The translations under genes were made by a program, and so were the position numbers. The notes under the pieces were generated by a model. It made no database searches and had not been told where the DNA came from. It saw nothing but the letters and a program-made list of their open reading frames with translations. A stretch of DNA of 61,819 bases, counting the filler, from Rhabdomonas costata (lineage: Eukaryota): the NCBI GenBank assembly GCA_019059605.1. It is 18 parts of 18 records of this genome, joined end to end, with 100 filler letters (N's around TTAATTAATTAA, not from the genome) between each part and the next. Parts side by side here need not be neighbours in the genome. Positions count along the whole stretch, not along the records: positions 44,754 to 48,089 come from JAHMHO010000977.1; positions 48,190 to 51,523 come from JAHMHO010000978.1; positions 51,624 to 54,957 come from JAHMHO010000979.1; positions 55,058 to 58,387 come from JAHMHO010000980.1; positions 58,488 to 61,819 come from JAHMHO010000981.1; 13 more parts are not named here. The stretch is one strand, 5' to 3'. Within the stretch, counting starts at the first letter, position 1. Every line of letters begins with the position of its first letter. Of this stretch, positions 47,840 through 60,805 are shown piece by piece.

Positions 47840-50800
47840 GTGCTCTCGCTGTCCTCATCTCTTTCTCCGCTCACTTTTGTTAGACCACCTTTCCGCCTCC
47901 GCCCCTCTGCCTTGCAATGCCTTTCATGTCTTCAAGAGCTGCATTCTCTTCCATATGAAACACTCTCTTTGTTACTACTGCTACGAGTACTACCACTTCC
48001 GCTTTCCTGCTGCGATGTTCTCTAATTGCATTGGTAGTGTGGGATGGACGGTGCGATTACAAATGTTTATCTTTTGAGGCTTGGATTGGNNNNNNNNNNN
48101 NNNNNNNNNNNNNNNNNNNNNNNNNNNNNNNNNTTAATTAATTAANNNNNNNNNNNNNNNNNNNNNNNNNNNNNNNNNNNNNNNNNNNNTTGTGGGGGGG
48201 GGTACAACAGCAAAATTGCATGGCCGTGCGAGCGGTGTGCTCAGCATTCAACTTCATTCAACGGTGCCTTCCACTTTCATTTTCACTTCAAATTCGTGAA
48301 AAGCTGTGTGCATATGTGTATCTATCTGTGTTTTGTCAGTTCCCTCTGCTTTCATCTGCATCTGCTCCATTGCTGGTGTGTTCTCATGGTATGACGTTTC
48401 ATTACCAATACCCGGTGAGAAGGTAAAAGAAAAAGAGTGCCGCGAGCAAGGGGCTGCTGCTGTGCTTCCAAACGACCTGTGGTTGCACGGTTTGGCCAGT
48501 TGGACCCCAAAGATATGCCCAAAGATATGGTCAAAGTTGGAATGCAGTGGGCAGTTGGAGTGCACGTGCCTGTGGGTCGCGGACCTTGAGGAGGAGATAC
48601 AGACTCGGCCTTGGGTCTTCGCCGGTCACCAGTGGGTTTAGGTGCGCTCAGGGTCCGTCTTTCTTCTTTGGTTTCCCAGTCACATCTCCTGTACAAAACC
48701 TTGCAGCTCACTTGGAATCCCAGACCACCCTGCAAACGCCTGCAACACTGGGTAATAAAAGGGTAGCAATTTGGATCTTTGCCTCTGGCGCTAATGATCA
48801 CCCGTGACACGGGGCGGCTTTTAGCGTTCGTCGTGTGACAGTGAATACCTCTTCAGTGGGGTCAGCTGGATGTGTCTTCGGGCTCTCAAACCTCCAATTT
48901 TCAAACACTGCCGTTTGCTTAGCATTTTTCCCTCATGCCACTCTTATCGCGTTGCACAGGTACCCGCTCGTCTGCAAACGCTCCACCCAAGCCTTAAACT
49001 CCGACGACGACAGGACGACAGCGCTCGGGCATGGCTTTTGATGGTGGCCCGACTGTGGTGTTGCTGGCCCATGCTGACCACCTGAATTCGGTTTCTGCGG
49101 CCTTGCTTCCGGTACGATCGCGTTCTTTCTTGCTTTGCTCTCTTTCTAGCATGGCTTTCTCGATATCGTGCCGTGATGAGCGTTGCCGATGGCTGTCAGG
49201 TACTTTTGGATGCACGGACCTGCTCTTGGATCTCCGCGATGGTGGCGGGTGCTGTCTTCGTGGAGGCTGTCGAGAGGGCCGCAGGCGAAGCTAGCTGTCG
49301 CCTTTCTGAGCCACGGGTCGCGGGGGTTCAACGACGCTTGTTCTTGCACAGTCGCATTACACGACACTGAAGTATTTCCGCTGTGAATGGCTCGGCTTGT
49401 TTCCATTTCTGCACTTCAGCCCCTGACATGATGAGCGCGGCTGCTCAGTGACTGAATGATTCACTTAACTTGCAATGGATTTGCAAAAAATTTTGATATT
49501 AATGGTTGTTGGTCTGGTGCCTGTGCCGCAGTGCCGTGTTTTTTTTCTCAAATCTGGTGTGTTGTTCACTCAAACCTGCAGGGTTGAACATTCTCCGAAA
49601 GGCTCCATATTAATAGTTGCTGGAATCAAACAACGTGCAAACTTATCCTCGGAGGTTTTGATTTGTGTCTTTTGACATTGACAGATGCTCCAAATCAAGA
49701 TTCGATTCGGCAGGGGCGAAAATTGAAGGCGCTGAAACGTCCAGGTGGCTTTTGTCCGAAACGGCAGAACATGGTCCTGTTTCCTGTGTGTTTCGCTCAC
49801 AAGCTTCTCCGCAGGCCCGCCAGACCCCCGAAATATTCCAACAAAAGCGCCCTCACAGGAGAACAGTTGAGGAAGCAGGAAGAAGCCGGAGGCACACCCA
49901 GACAAATGTGCACTCACAAACACCACCACCACAAGGCGGGGGGAGGAACAAATGACAAGCCCTTGCCCCACCCCTGGTTTTCCGCACACCGCTCGCACAT
50001 TGTCAGTGTTTTGTGGGCGTCCCCGACGGCGTCGTTTCGGCTACGTTGCAACCGTTTTCTTCTGGTCGGCCTCTGTCCTGGTGTGCTTTCCGTTTCTCCT
50101 TCCATATTGTCGGTGTTCCCCCACCCCGGGTGGGCCCACGTGCCTTTCGTGTCCTCTTCTATCCGTTATGTCCGTTGAACTTCCGCCCCCCGGCTCTTTC
50201 CCTTTCCGCCTCGTTCCCCAATACGTTCAGTTCAAGGTCCCAACTTTCAAAGCAAGGTATCCTTTTTCCAAATTGGTTGGCCTCGAGTCCCGTGGGCACT
50301 GGCGAACGTGAAATAAGCCATTATTTAATTAGCCGTAATATCCGCTTTCCAGAAAGCAAAAGCTGATGAAGGAACCCTCCGTCCGTTTTCGAGACGATTT
50401 GAAAGGGAAAGCAGGAGGTGTATCTGATCAAACCCAGCTTAAAAAGTTGTTTTGCGAACGTAGTCGGCGTTTGGGCGCCGCGTCCTGGCCAGGCGGGTCG
50501 GGCGGTGTTCAGCGCAAGAGATATAGGAGATATTGGAGAAAACCATGTCCCAGAAGAGCGCTCGAAGAAGTGAAATGTAAAAGACATAAATGACAAAATC
50601 CAAACAACCAAGCATAAATACAAAATAGTGCGCTACAACGTCCATTGAACCCGCGGTGATTCAATGGTATCATCTTGGCTGGCACCATTTTCTTAGACAT
50701 GGAGCATGCAGTCACGCAGTGGAGCATGCAAAGTAGGGGGTACCGCGGGTAGACATTCATGCATCCCAGCCTCCCAGCATACACAGAGATCAGGGTATCA

Positions 50801-52165
50801 TGTGGGTATCATATTGGCTGGTTCCATCTTCACGGTGCATGTCGAGCGTAGCGGCGTAGGAGGAATCGCGCTCGGCGCTACGTGGCATATATACTATGCT
50901 ATGTGGGACAAGGGTGTTGCGTGCGTATTGGTTTCTAGGGGTGGGTAAATGGGTTGTTGTGCTGAGTGCTTCTGTGGTGTTGGGTGCATTTTTAGATGAT
51001 TGTGCTGTTGCTACCTGTGTGGGTTCTTGCGTTAGGGTTGTGGGCACAAGTGCCGTGGTTGGTGGTGCATGAGGTTTTCGTGTTGTTGCTGGATTTCGTG
51101 TGCTTCGGTGAGTTCTTTGCTGGTGATGTCGCTGGTGCTATTGTTAGCAGCGTTTGTGTTCTTCTTGCTGGCTGGTTTTGGGTTACCGGTGATATTCTGC
51201 ATTGGTTGGATGTGCTTCTTTGTGTGCCTAGGGTCGTTACGTTTGCGTGTGTTCTTGGCAGTTCTTTCTCTTATCGCTGTTCTGGGGGTTCTACCATGTG
51301 GGCCTATCTAGTCTATTCATCGGGCGTCTGGAATCTCACCAATTGTCGGTGGCCTCATCGGAAATTGTGGTAGGACCACTTACTTTGGCCCAAAAACCCC
51401 ACCTATTCCCTGGGTGACATCCGCCATGGTCACTCCCGGACCGAACTGGACCGGACCTAACATTGAACTCAGAACTCGATCTAGAGTGACTGGTTGGGGC
51501 TCATATTTGGTGACCAACCAACCNNNNNNNNNNNNNNNNNNNNNNNNNNNNNNNNNNNNNNNNNNNNTTAATTAATTAANNNNNNNNNNNNNNNNNNNNN
51601 NNNNNNNNNNNNNNNNNNNNNNNTGTGGTTTCTGTGCATTAAGGATGGCTGTTTTCAATGACGCTACTCTCTGTGCCTCTGTGCCCAGTAAGTTTAGGCA
51701 CGCCAAACAAATTAAATCGGGGGCGGGAGGGGGTGAACTCTTGTCTCTGAATCTCAAATCGCTTCAAGCGCATTTTTCAAAATTTTCTGTGAAATTTTTT
51801 TCAAAATTTTTCACAGGGCTTTGCGGCTTCTTGCTGGTGGCCCCTACCGCTTTTCAGGTTTTTATGGCCTTGCTGCACAAAATGGCCTTGCGGGTGAGAA
51901 GCCCTTCGTGAAATTTTGTTGCCTCTTGGACGTTTCTCGCGCAACGGTGTGGGGTTGGGATGTATCCCAAAGCCCCGAAATGACCAAAGATTGATGTGTT
52001 GTGAGCGGTGAAAACACTCGCACGTGCGCACACCATAATGCAAACAAATAAATTTTTTATTGCAATTTTGAAACATTTTAAGGCCCGATGTGCCTCACAT
52101 GCCTGCGCCAGGTGGACACTCTACTACAGCCTGCGGGTACGGGGTAGGGGATGTGAATGACACAG

Positions 52166-52654
52166 GTCTGGAAGGACTCCCAGCACAAGCGAGCGAAGTC
52201 TGCGAAACCCATTCGTGGGAGCGACTCCCCCTTCCATCACACCGAGTACGTCTGGGACCAGCTTTTCTCTGTGGACTCCCGCCCGGTGGCGATCATCGCT
52301 CACAGCTTCGGAGGAAAGTGTACCACCCACCTTCTGAGATCCCGCCCGGAAACACTCTCCCGGATCTCCAGCATCGCCTTCACCGACGCGATGAACGACG
52401 TCCGGCCCAAGGTGGATCCCCAGCCCCTGGTAAAGCTGATGAAGGCCAAAGCCATCAATTGGGTCGCCTCGTACGAACATCTTGACAAGGAATTGGGCAC
52501 CCGATCGGGGTGCCGTGAGCTCTCCTCGGGCCACCCAAAGCACGAATGGACCTCAGAGAGCTGCCGGGCTTCGGTGATTCGGTTCACCCGGGAGTCCTTT
52601 TCGCATGCTTCCTCCTCCTCTGGAGGGGTTGCGAAGCGCTGCGACGTTGCCTAG
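52166..52654 (+). CDS. FAM172/Arb2-family (alpha/beta-hydrolase-like) protein, terminal exon
   Basis: PIRGSDSPFHHTEYVWD, IIAHSFGG, RISSIAFTDA, NWVAS..LD and SSGHPKHEWTS follow the FAM172A motif order. Confidence 0.85.
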   Translation, partial: VWKDSQHKRAKSAKPIRGSDSPFHHTEYVWDQLFSVDSRPVAIIAHSFGGKCTTHLLRSRPETLSRISSIAFTDAMNDVRPKVDPQPLVKLMKAKAINWVASYEHLDKELGTRSGCRELSSGHPKHEWTSESCRASVIRFTRESFSHASSSSGGVAKRCDVA

Positions 52655-53230
52655 GGAAGGGGGAGGTGACATTGATGCCTTCTACTCCGAAGAAACGCTT
52701 GATTACCATTGCTGTATTTCTTTGCTGGGCTGGGTGCTTGTTGGTGTTGGAAACGTGCTGGTTGACCATCCGTTTTGTTTAAGCTCTGCGTGGGGCACAA
52801 ACAGACGGGAAAGAGTGCGTACATCCGTGTGTGCAGAAGGCCCAACGTGAGCAAGCAAACGCTGCGAAAAAACAGTTTTTTGTGAAGGCTTCTACGCTTC
52901 CGCGGTGGAAGTCCCCTCATTTTCTTGCGCACCCAGAATATGGTTTCGATTTAGTGGTTTAAAAACCTTGAACCTCACCTGTTCCTTCATGTATTTATTT
53001 TCATTCTTTTGGACCCGTCGCAACACTGTCACGAATAAACAACAAAAACCAGAAGCCACAAAATCGGTGAACCTTTTCCCTCTTCTTTCAGATCATTCGT
53101 CGAGTGCGGATGATGCCGCGTGTCTCGTTGTCGTTGTTTTTGTGATCTCCTTGCACACCTCCAGACGCTGCTTTATCTCCCTTTTTCTTCTGGCTCATTG
53201 CGTGTACTCCATGGTTTGCTGTGTGTGAAG

Positions 53231-54263
53231 ATGTCCGCTGTATTTGAAACACATTATGAGACTCTTGGTACTGCCTCTGCACCCATTTACTGTTTCGAAT
53301 CACGCTGCCTTCGATTTTTTGATAATGCTTTTGCTCACTATTTTGTTTCAGGTGTGGAGCCGTCCGCGAACTTGGCGGAAATCAGATCCGCATACAAAGT
53401 ACTTGCGGTTCGATGGCACCCCGACAAGAACGTGAACATGGGGTGTGCCTGCAGTTTGGGACTTTTGGTTTGCTTCTTGGCAGTGTGGAACAGAACAGCG
53501 TCCCTTCAGACTCCCAACGTGTGTCCAGGTCAAAGTTCCACGCATTTGGATAACTGCAGTGAGGCGCCTCCACCTCACAGAAGCGTTGGGTATTTTTTTT
53601 CTTTGTTTTGTACGCATCTAGGTTTGCCGTTTGTTTATGTGTGTGTGTGTGTGGAAAGGTTTAGTGAGATTTGACTGGTTAAGCAGCGCTGCTGTTGACG
53701 GGCCTTTTTTCCTGAGTCTGCGTGTACATTGGTGTTATTTTAAGACGAAATCGACGCAATAAGTGGTGCCTCTGTGACCAAAACCCTTGACCATTCCCCC
53801 CCCAAAAAACCCATTTCAGTCCCAGAGATGATTCCCATTTTAGGGCAGTTGTTGGGAATCCGGAGGCCTCCCCTTCGCCTGGAAGACCCACTTGGGACTG
53901 GGATTCAGTCTCAGGCAGCATTTTTCAGACCGTGCAGAGAAGTAAAATGGTAAGGTGGACGAAGGGAAGGGGAGGGTATTGGAGGACGCCCCGTAAAAGC
54001 GTCCAGATTCGCTGCTTTTTTTGTTCATTGGCTGTGGGGCATAATTGCGAGATGTCCGTGCAGTGTAGTAATGGGTCAATGAGATCTTTTGCATTGATTT
54101 TTGTGAACTTGTTCATCAGTAAAACTCTGGCCGAGGCTAAGTTCAAGCGGGTGTCTGAAGCTTACCAAGTGCTCTCAAACCCGGTCCTTCGGAAGCGGTA
54201 CGACGCCCAACTCTGCAAAAGCCCTTCTGATGAATCCTCTTCGAGCCGGCGAGTCTATACAAG
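53231..54263 (+). CDS. DnaJ (J-domain) protein, 3'-truncated; exons 53231-53267, 53352-53442, 54120-54263
   Basis: THYETLG|VEPSANLAEIRSAYKVLAVRWHPDKN..AEAKFKRVSEAYQVLSNPVLRKRYD, a complete J domain with HPD. Confidence 0.93.
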
Positions 54264-55057
54264 GTGCCTTTTTTTTGTGCGATATTGCTTGGTTTTTGGC
54301 GCTGCACACCCCCTAGTCTTCCCGCCTTTTCCCTCTTCAGTGGTTAATAGGTGCCTTCGCATCTGTCGCTGTGGTTGAAAGGATATTAATTTAGCACAGC
54401 ACTTGGTGCCGAGGTTGCCGTTTTTGGGAACGTATAAGGTTTTGAGGAGTGTGCTCTAATACGACTTTTCAGCAATTATATTTGGCTAACGCTAGTTTTC
54501 AAATTGGCGAACCCATCATACGAGTGGCGTCTCCCTCCGGGTCGCTTTTTTTTTATCTTCTGTTGTCACCAGTGCAAAAGGGTGAGAGCTAAAGGGTGAG
54601 GGCCGAGCACGCCCATTAAATTACAGAAAGGAGTGCGGGTGCAGAGGGTGGAGAAGTAGCCGGTAGTGCGCGAGCCTCCCGCCAGTCTGCTTTTGAGGGG
54701 AACCCCGTCGAGGACGGTCTCTATCCCGCAACGCAAAAGCCGCGGGGGGGGGGGGCACGCTAACGCCAAAATAAGAATTGCGAATTAGCACAAACAGTAA
54801 GGAAAAAATACGAATTTATGGTGATCCCTCGTTCATATTTTTGGTTGACGAGTGTCTTTTTTTGGGGGTCTTGGAATCAGTAATTTTGGAATCACAGAAG
54901 TTCCCCATGGGCGAGGAAGAAGGATTGTTTGCAAAACCTTAAAATTCAAAAAACACCNNNNNNNNNNNNNNNNNNNNNNNNNNNNNNNNNNNNNNNNNNN
55001 NTTAATTAATTAANNNNNNNNNNNNNNNNNNNNNNNNNNNNNNNNNNNNNNNNNNNN

Positions 55058-57724
55058 TGTGGGTGGGGTTGGCCCACCGTCATCACCGGAGGTGGGCCAG
55101 AAAGCCCGCCAGGGCCACTCACAGGGATCCCCGGAGAGATCTCCCTGTAGGTTTGCTCCTGTGGCCGGGCCTCGTGCTGCGGAGTGTACGGCACCGTCGA
55201 GGCCGCGGCTACGGCAGCCGTGGCAGCACCCCCCGCGGAGTGCGGAGAGGTCTCTCGGATAGAGCGGGTGGTGGAGGCCCCAGAGAGGGCCGCGGTGGGG
55301 TCTGGACGGCCATGACTAGCCGCGAAAGATTGAGCCAGGCGCACGAAGGAGGGGTACGAGGGGTCCTCGGTGACCTCCCGGACGCGCAGAAATTCCATCC
55401 AGGAGTCCAGTGTGAAGCCATTCGGGCACAGGATCGCTGGTGTGGACCCCCAAAAAAAACCGAATCGTTGAAACGGGAAAAGAAAAATTGAAGGTTACGT
55501 GGCCCTGAGCTTTTGTCGGCAGCCTCCAGTAAAGAGCTGCTCAAAACACCGGGTTGTTGAAACACCACGGAGACGCTTAGTCTGCACCCCTTTCTGAGAC
55601 CAATAATAAACCAATCGAGTGAGGACCAAGCGCACATCAACATATAAACAGAAACCCACAACCACTGATGCTCACATCAATCGTTTGACGAGAGATTATT
55701 GCTAGGCCCATATTCGGGTTGTTAGCCACACATAAACACAGATAGATACTCATACGCATTCACGCATTCTTTCAAATTCTATTCTCACTCCCTATTCACA
55801 CAGAGCTGAAATCGAAGGCACCGAGCTGTGCGTCCATTTGCACCCGACTATTAACCGTGACTGTGCCTGCATACCTTCACAGCTTTCTGCGTTTTTGCGC
55901 AACACGGCAGGTACGCACAGGCGGACAAAAGCAGGGACGTGCGACATGCCAGTGTAGCCTGCGCTGGAAGCCATGCTGACATTGTATGTGTTGTCGTCAA
56001 ACAGTGCGACGCGGATGAGGGCGTTGACGTCCTGTGAAGGAAACCAGGAAGGGTCAAGGTAAGTTGGATCTGATGGCTTAACTGGTTTCCGTGTTCGATC
56101 AAAGCACATCAAATTATCGTGCCATTTTCAAAGAGAATGGGTCCGATGCATTTGTTAACGTCGTTAAATCGTTTAACAACGCGAAAGGATTATCTACAAA
56201 ACTACGCCGTAGGCTGGTCCATCCGAAAACACCCATACGTCGCTTTTGGTGCGCATGATAACATGGATCGGACTCGAACTGTGGGCAGGGTCAAGAAAAA
56301 GATAACCACGAAGAGAGTGTTCTCAAGCGATGCCAGCACTAAAGATCATTTCTTCGAAACTGAGAAACAAAGTGGATAGGAGGAAATTAGGTACGTATAT
56401 AATCTGGTCTTTTTCAGCTAAACACACACAGCGCACCTGCCGCTGCAGCTGGCGGATCAAGTTGCGGATGTGGATGTTCTTGCCCTCGTTGGGCTGCCCG
56501 TGCTGCTGCGGCATGAACGACTCCACGCCCTCGTCGTGCAAGCAGGACCGGGTGTGGTTGGGCCCCATCAGCACAGCGAGGTAGTCGTACACCACCTGAG
56601 GAAACAGAGACGAAAAAAACAAAATATAACTTCTGCTGCAGTGTTGACTGTCACAAGCGTGCCCTTCGTTTTTTTTAGGGAGGGGGGCATTAAACTCCGT
56701 TAAAAATTTAACACCGTTCACCGGTAAAAATCTTCGAACTCAAAAAAAAATAAAACTCAAAAAAATCGACATCGGGGGGGGGCAAAAGAAAGGTAAACCT
56801 AACCCCCTTTTTCGGAAAAATAACATCATCTACTGGCATACGGGCATACGCTCATTTAAAGTAACCCCCCGTGCATGGGTGGTCTTGCAAAAACTGAATT
56901 TTTTTGCTTTTAACGGTGTTAAACGTTTAACGCCCTCCCACCCCTCAAAATACAATCGTCCCCAAGAGAACAATGGAGCAATGCAAGGAACAGCCGATAT
57001 CAAGAACGCTCAAATACTGAGTTCACCAAATTGTAGTTTTCTTTCTTGTATCTTCTTTCACTTTGAGAAAAGACACGATGCCTTGTCTTTGTGATCCTGG
57101 TGTCTGTTTTGACGCAGCTGAATCTGCAGAACGATCAGCTGTAAGGAGTGAAGACTTTGCAAATGCTGGGTTCAGTAACTTCAACTGCGCAGGTATAAGG
57201 GAAACCAGTGCCATATCAGGCAAGAATATTTTCGAATTCCGAAAAAAAAAATTCCTAAAAATGTGAAAACATCCCAAAATGTCATAAAATTCATATCTTT
57301 CAGCGTTTCCAAAATAGGATCTAAAAACTGGGGGGGGCGGGAAAATATCCCAAAAAGGTGTGAAAAGCAGCGCAAGGAGATCGGTACTTCTTGAGACGGG
57401 TGCATGTATGCTGATAAAAAAACAAAAACCCCTCTAACTCTGCACTGCCATGCCCGAGTCGGCAGACCCTACAAAACAAAGGTGACACAGTATCCCCAAG
57501 TCTGCCCTCAAACGCAGGGCCACCTGAACGGCAGTGGGGCCATCCGCCAGGGAGGCCACGCGCACGAAGTGCCCGTAGGAGTCCAGAGTGTTGACGACGT
57601 ACCGGAAGAAGTCGGCGTCCACCAGATTCTGCGTCATTTCTGGGATGGTCTGGTCGGGGTGGGTGCTGCAGTGCTCGCGGGTCAGCGTGCGGTCGAAGTC
57701 CCACACGAACAGCCACCGTGTGGC
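55058..57724 (-). CDS. HAD-superfamily hydrolase/phosphatase with a low-complexity tail; exons 57724-57524, 56595-56437, 56031-55950, 55436-55058
   Basis: Motif I FVWDFDRTL, motif II VAS, motif III GK and motif IV LFDDNTYN, then GYT-A-ILCPNGFTL joined through a GC-AG intron. Confidence 0.8.
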
Positions 57725-58878
57725 CTGTGACGACAAAGGTCGTTGTGAATGAATGACGGCAGACACCACCGGCGGGCAACAAGAACACTGGCCCAGTGTT
57801 CAACAGCGGAACAATGGCAAGCGATGGAAAAAAAAAGGGAGCAACACAGCAGAGGCTTTTCGGTGCGCTGAAGGATGTTAATTGTGAAAGAGCGTACAGA
57901 GCGTTCGTTCGGTTGCCATCAAACCAGGACAATAATATCATCGTAATATCATCATATTGGCCCGGCAATTACTATCTAGCTCGTTATGTGTCGCTCGCTC
58001 CTCTTCCTGGCCTAGGACACGGCGCAGTACATTAGATGCCCCCCCCCCGTTACGCAGACCCGTGCGTACCGATCGCTACGCATGCTGAGAATACCGATTC
58101 CAAAAGTGCAGTAGTGCGTAGTAGTAACTGTAGTTGTACCGCTGCGCTCCGCGGCCCAACACATCCTGGATAAAGCCTTCCGTTAAAATCCCAATGGGCA
58201 CATGCATCGGCTCCTAGCCCCCTGCAAAAGTTGCGGCGATCACTACGCAAGAAGTGAGCAGCAAACACTGCGCAAAAGCAAATAACGGGGGGGGCGGGCG
58301 TCTGATGTACAACAGCCTAAGATACTGTCTCTCACCTGGGACGAGCACACGCAGACACGCAAATACGCAATACGCAAACAAACCCCTNNNNNNNNNNNNN
58401 NNNNNNNNNNNNNNNNNNNNNNNNNNNNNNNTTAATTAATTAANNNNNNNNNNNNNNNNNNNNNNNNNNNNNNNNNNNNNNNNNNNNTGTGTTGGGTGTG
58501 ATAGGGTGGGGTGGTGACAGTAGGAGACCAGAGGGACTTGTATAAAGATGGAGATCCAACTTCCGAGACCAGAAACAAAACTAAAGGTCCCAGCTACAAA
58601 ATAATTCGCATGTGGTGTGCGCACACGAAAAGGTGGCTGAAGCCAAAAGAGCAGAAGAAAGGCCAACCGCCAACGCAGCGTCCCCCACAAATACCATCCG
58701 GGCGCAGTGCGCCCGAAAAAGAGCTATATAGGCTCCCCCTGAAACCAAAACAAGAAACGAGGAAAGGGCAAGTGAGAAAGACAGAGAAGATTCCATCGCT
58801 CACCACCTCGCTCGTGCGCGCTCAAACTTCCGCCGAACACATCACCCCCAGCGAGCACTTCCTTCCTTCCTTCTGTTT

Positions 58879-60805
58879 TTACGGCAAGCCCTGACGGCGC
58901 GACTGCTTCCACTTTGCCCCACAATGCAGGCAGTTGAAGTAGTAGTAGCCCTGTGCAGACCGCAACCCAGGCTCTGTGAAAAACTTAGGAAGCATAAAAG
59001 GTGGCGAGCTGAATCGGGGGAAAAGGACAGGGATAAGGTAAACCAGTTGTGTTATGCGCATCAAGAAATTTACTGCTGACAGAACCACTCTAGCTTTTAA
59101 GGCCAAGGCATTTCTGCTCACACAAGAGCAACTAGAAAAGCTGAATATTTCCGGAAACCTCCGATTGCGAAAACAATGCACAATACGTTTACGGTGCCTA
59201 TAACACGCCAAAATGTAATATAAACTTGTTGGAAAAATTGCACATGTGGCAGCACGGAAATCATCCGCATCACTCTCATCGTACATTCAGCCCCGCTTTC
59301 CTTACACAGGCCATAGCCTCGTTATTTGGTTGGCGAGCACCCCACCAACAGAAAAACGCCGGTAAAGGTGAAGGGTGTCTCATTTTTGACATAATGCATA
59401 AGGGGGTTACGTGCATGGTAGTATTGCTACCATGGTGAACACCAGGATATGAGAGAAAGCTGATCGCTAAGAACTGCTGAATACTTAGCACCAACCCCGC
59501 ACCCCAACGAACACCCCCCAAGTGCAGTTCAGCACAGCCCTAGACCTCCCTCCTGCCAAAAAAGATAGCCAATGACAGCACCACCTCCGCCCACACACAC
59601 CCGCTTCCCGCGAAGCCTCTGCCAGGCCACCGTGTGTGTGCACATCGGCGTGCAGGGCAGCCCGCGTGGGGCCGCACGGGCCGGAGCTACTGCAATTTCG
59701 GACGGAACTCCGCTGCCCGCTTCTGTAGGTGAGGGAGAGCCATGGGGCACGACCTTCGCTCCGCACCCAGTTTTGGTTTCCTCCGGACGGGCATTTTCTC
59801 GTGGGTCATGTGAGATCAGAGGGGGGTACCGTGGTGAAGGCGAGTGCCCTGTCGGACCACTGGCAGAGTGCGGCGTATGGCCAAGAACCACCACCGGCAG
59901 CATCCCTGGCCAACAGAGCAGCACCACAGCTGGCGGCGGCGATGGCGTGGTGCCAGGTATGCTGCTGGGCATGAGTAAGGTGGGTTGGGCCTGGGCCGGC
60001 GCAGAGGCCAGCTGCGGTGGATCTGCCGCGGTGGAAAACAACAGGGGATTCTGCCCACAGACTACCCCGGGTGACGCGCGGCTGGAAGGGAGTCGTTGTG
60101 GCAGGCCTAATGGAAAGGTTGTGGGATTGAGGCTCCGAGGGATGTCGTTTTGCGGTGCAGCTTCCGGAAAGGGGTGCGCAGGAAACGTGGCTGGTACCAC
60201 GCTGAGGGTAGAGACGCATCCGGATGGCTCGGAAGCCTTGCCAACCGGCGGCGCATTTCTGCACACACAGACACACACAAACAGGGAAGGAGGACACGTT
60301 GCAATCCAACGGGGTGGACCCGTCCACTCCCTTGAGCCCTCCTCTCTCCTTCCGGCTGGGGAAGGGGGCGCTAAACGTTCCGCACTGCAAAACGGTGATA
60401 CAATCACTACCTCTTAAATTCCATTGCGTCTGTCAAGGGTGCGGAAAAACAGTGTACTCACCCTAAAATCAAAATAAACGACCTAAAAATCAAAGCCTTC
60501 ACAAGCAATTAGGACAGCTTACGTAGCTCCCGCCCAGCAAAACAACATCGCAAAAAAAGGCAACAGTTCGGTCAAAGGTTTAGCACTGCTAAACGGAGCT
60601 TCGGCCCAACAAACCAGGATCTCGGCGTATTTCCGCATGCACGCACAAAGAAAAGGAGGCCAAGATTCGGCTATCCGTCCGGGAGGACTCCTCCTCTCCC
60701 CTCCCGTCCTTTCCCAGCCTGCCTGCGAGTCTCCTCCTGAGGTGATGGGGCAGGCGGGCGAGGAGCACAGACGGGTCGACGCAGCAACCCGGACACTGCA
60801 ACCAT
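58879..60805 (-). CDS. ~270-aa Pro-rich protein with a C-terminal CxH..CxxC zinc ribbon; exons 60805-60723, 60258-59601, 58950-58879
   Basis: Phase-consistent exons give a disordered Pro-rich body ending CTHTVAWQRLRGKR|GYYYFNCLHCGAKWKQSRRQGLP*. The first intron needs a GC donor. Confidence 0.7.

Noticed and set aside
50360-50410. Hammerhead ribozyme core (CTGATGA)
   Set aside because: There is no stem II closing onto GAAA and no compatible flanking stems.
59572-60417. 281-aa Gly-rich plus-strand ORF
   Set aside because: It is the antisense shadow of the Pro-rich minus-strand exon, which has proper splice sites.
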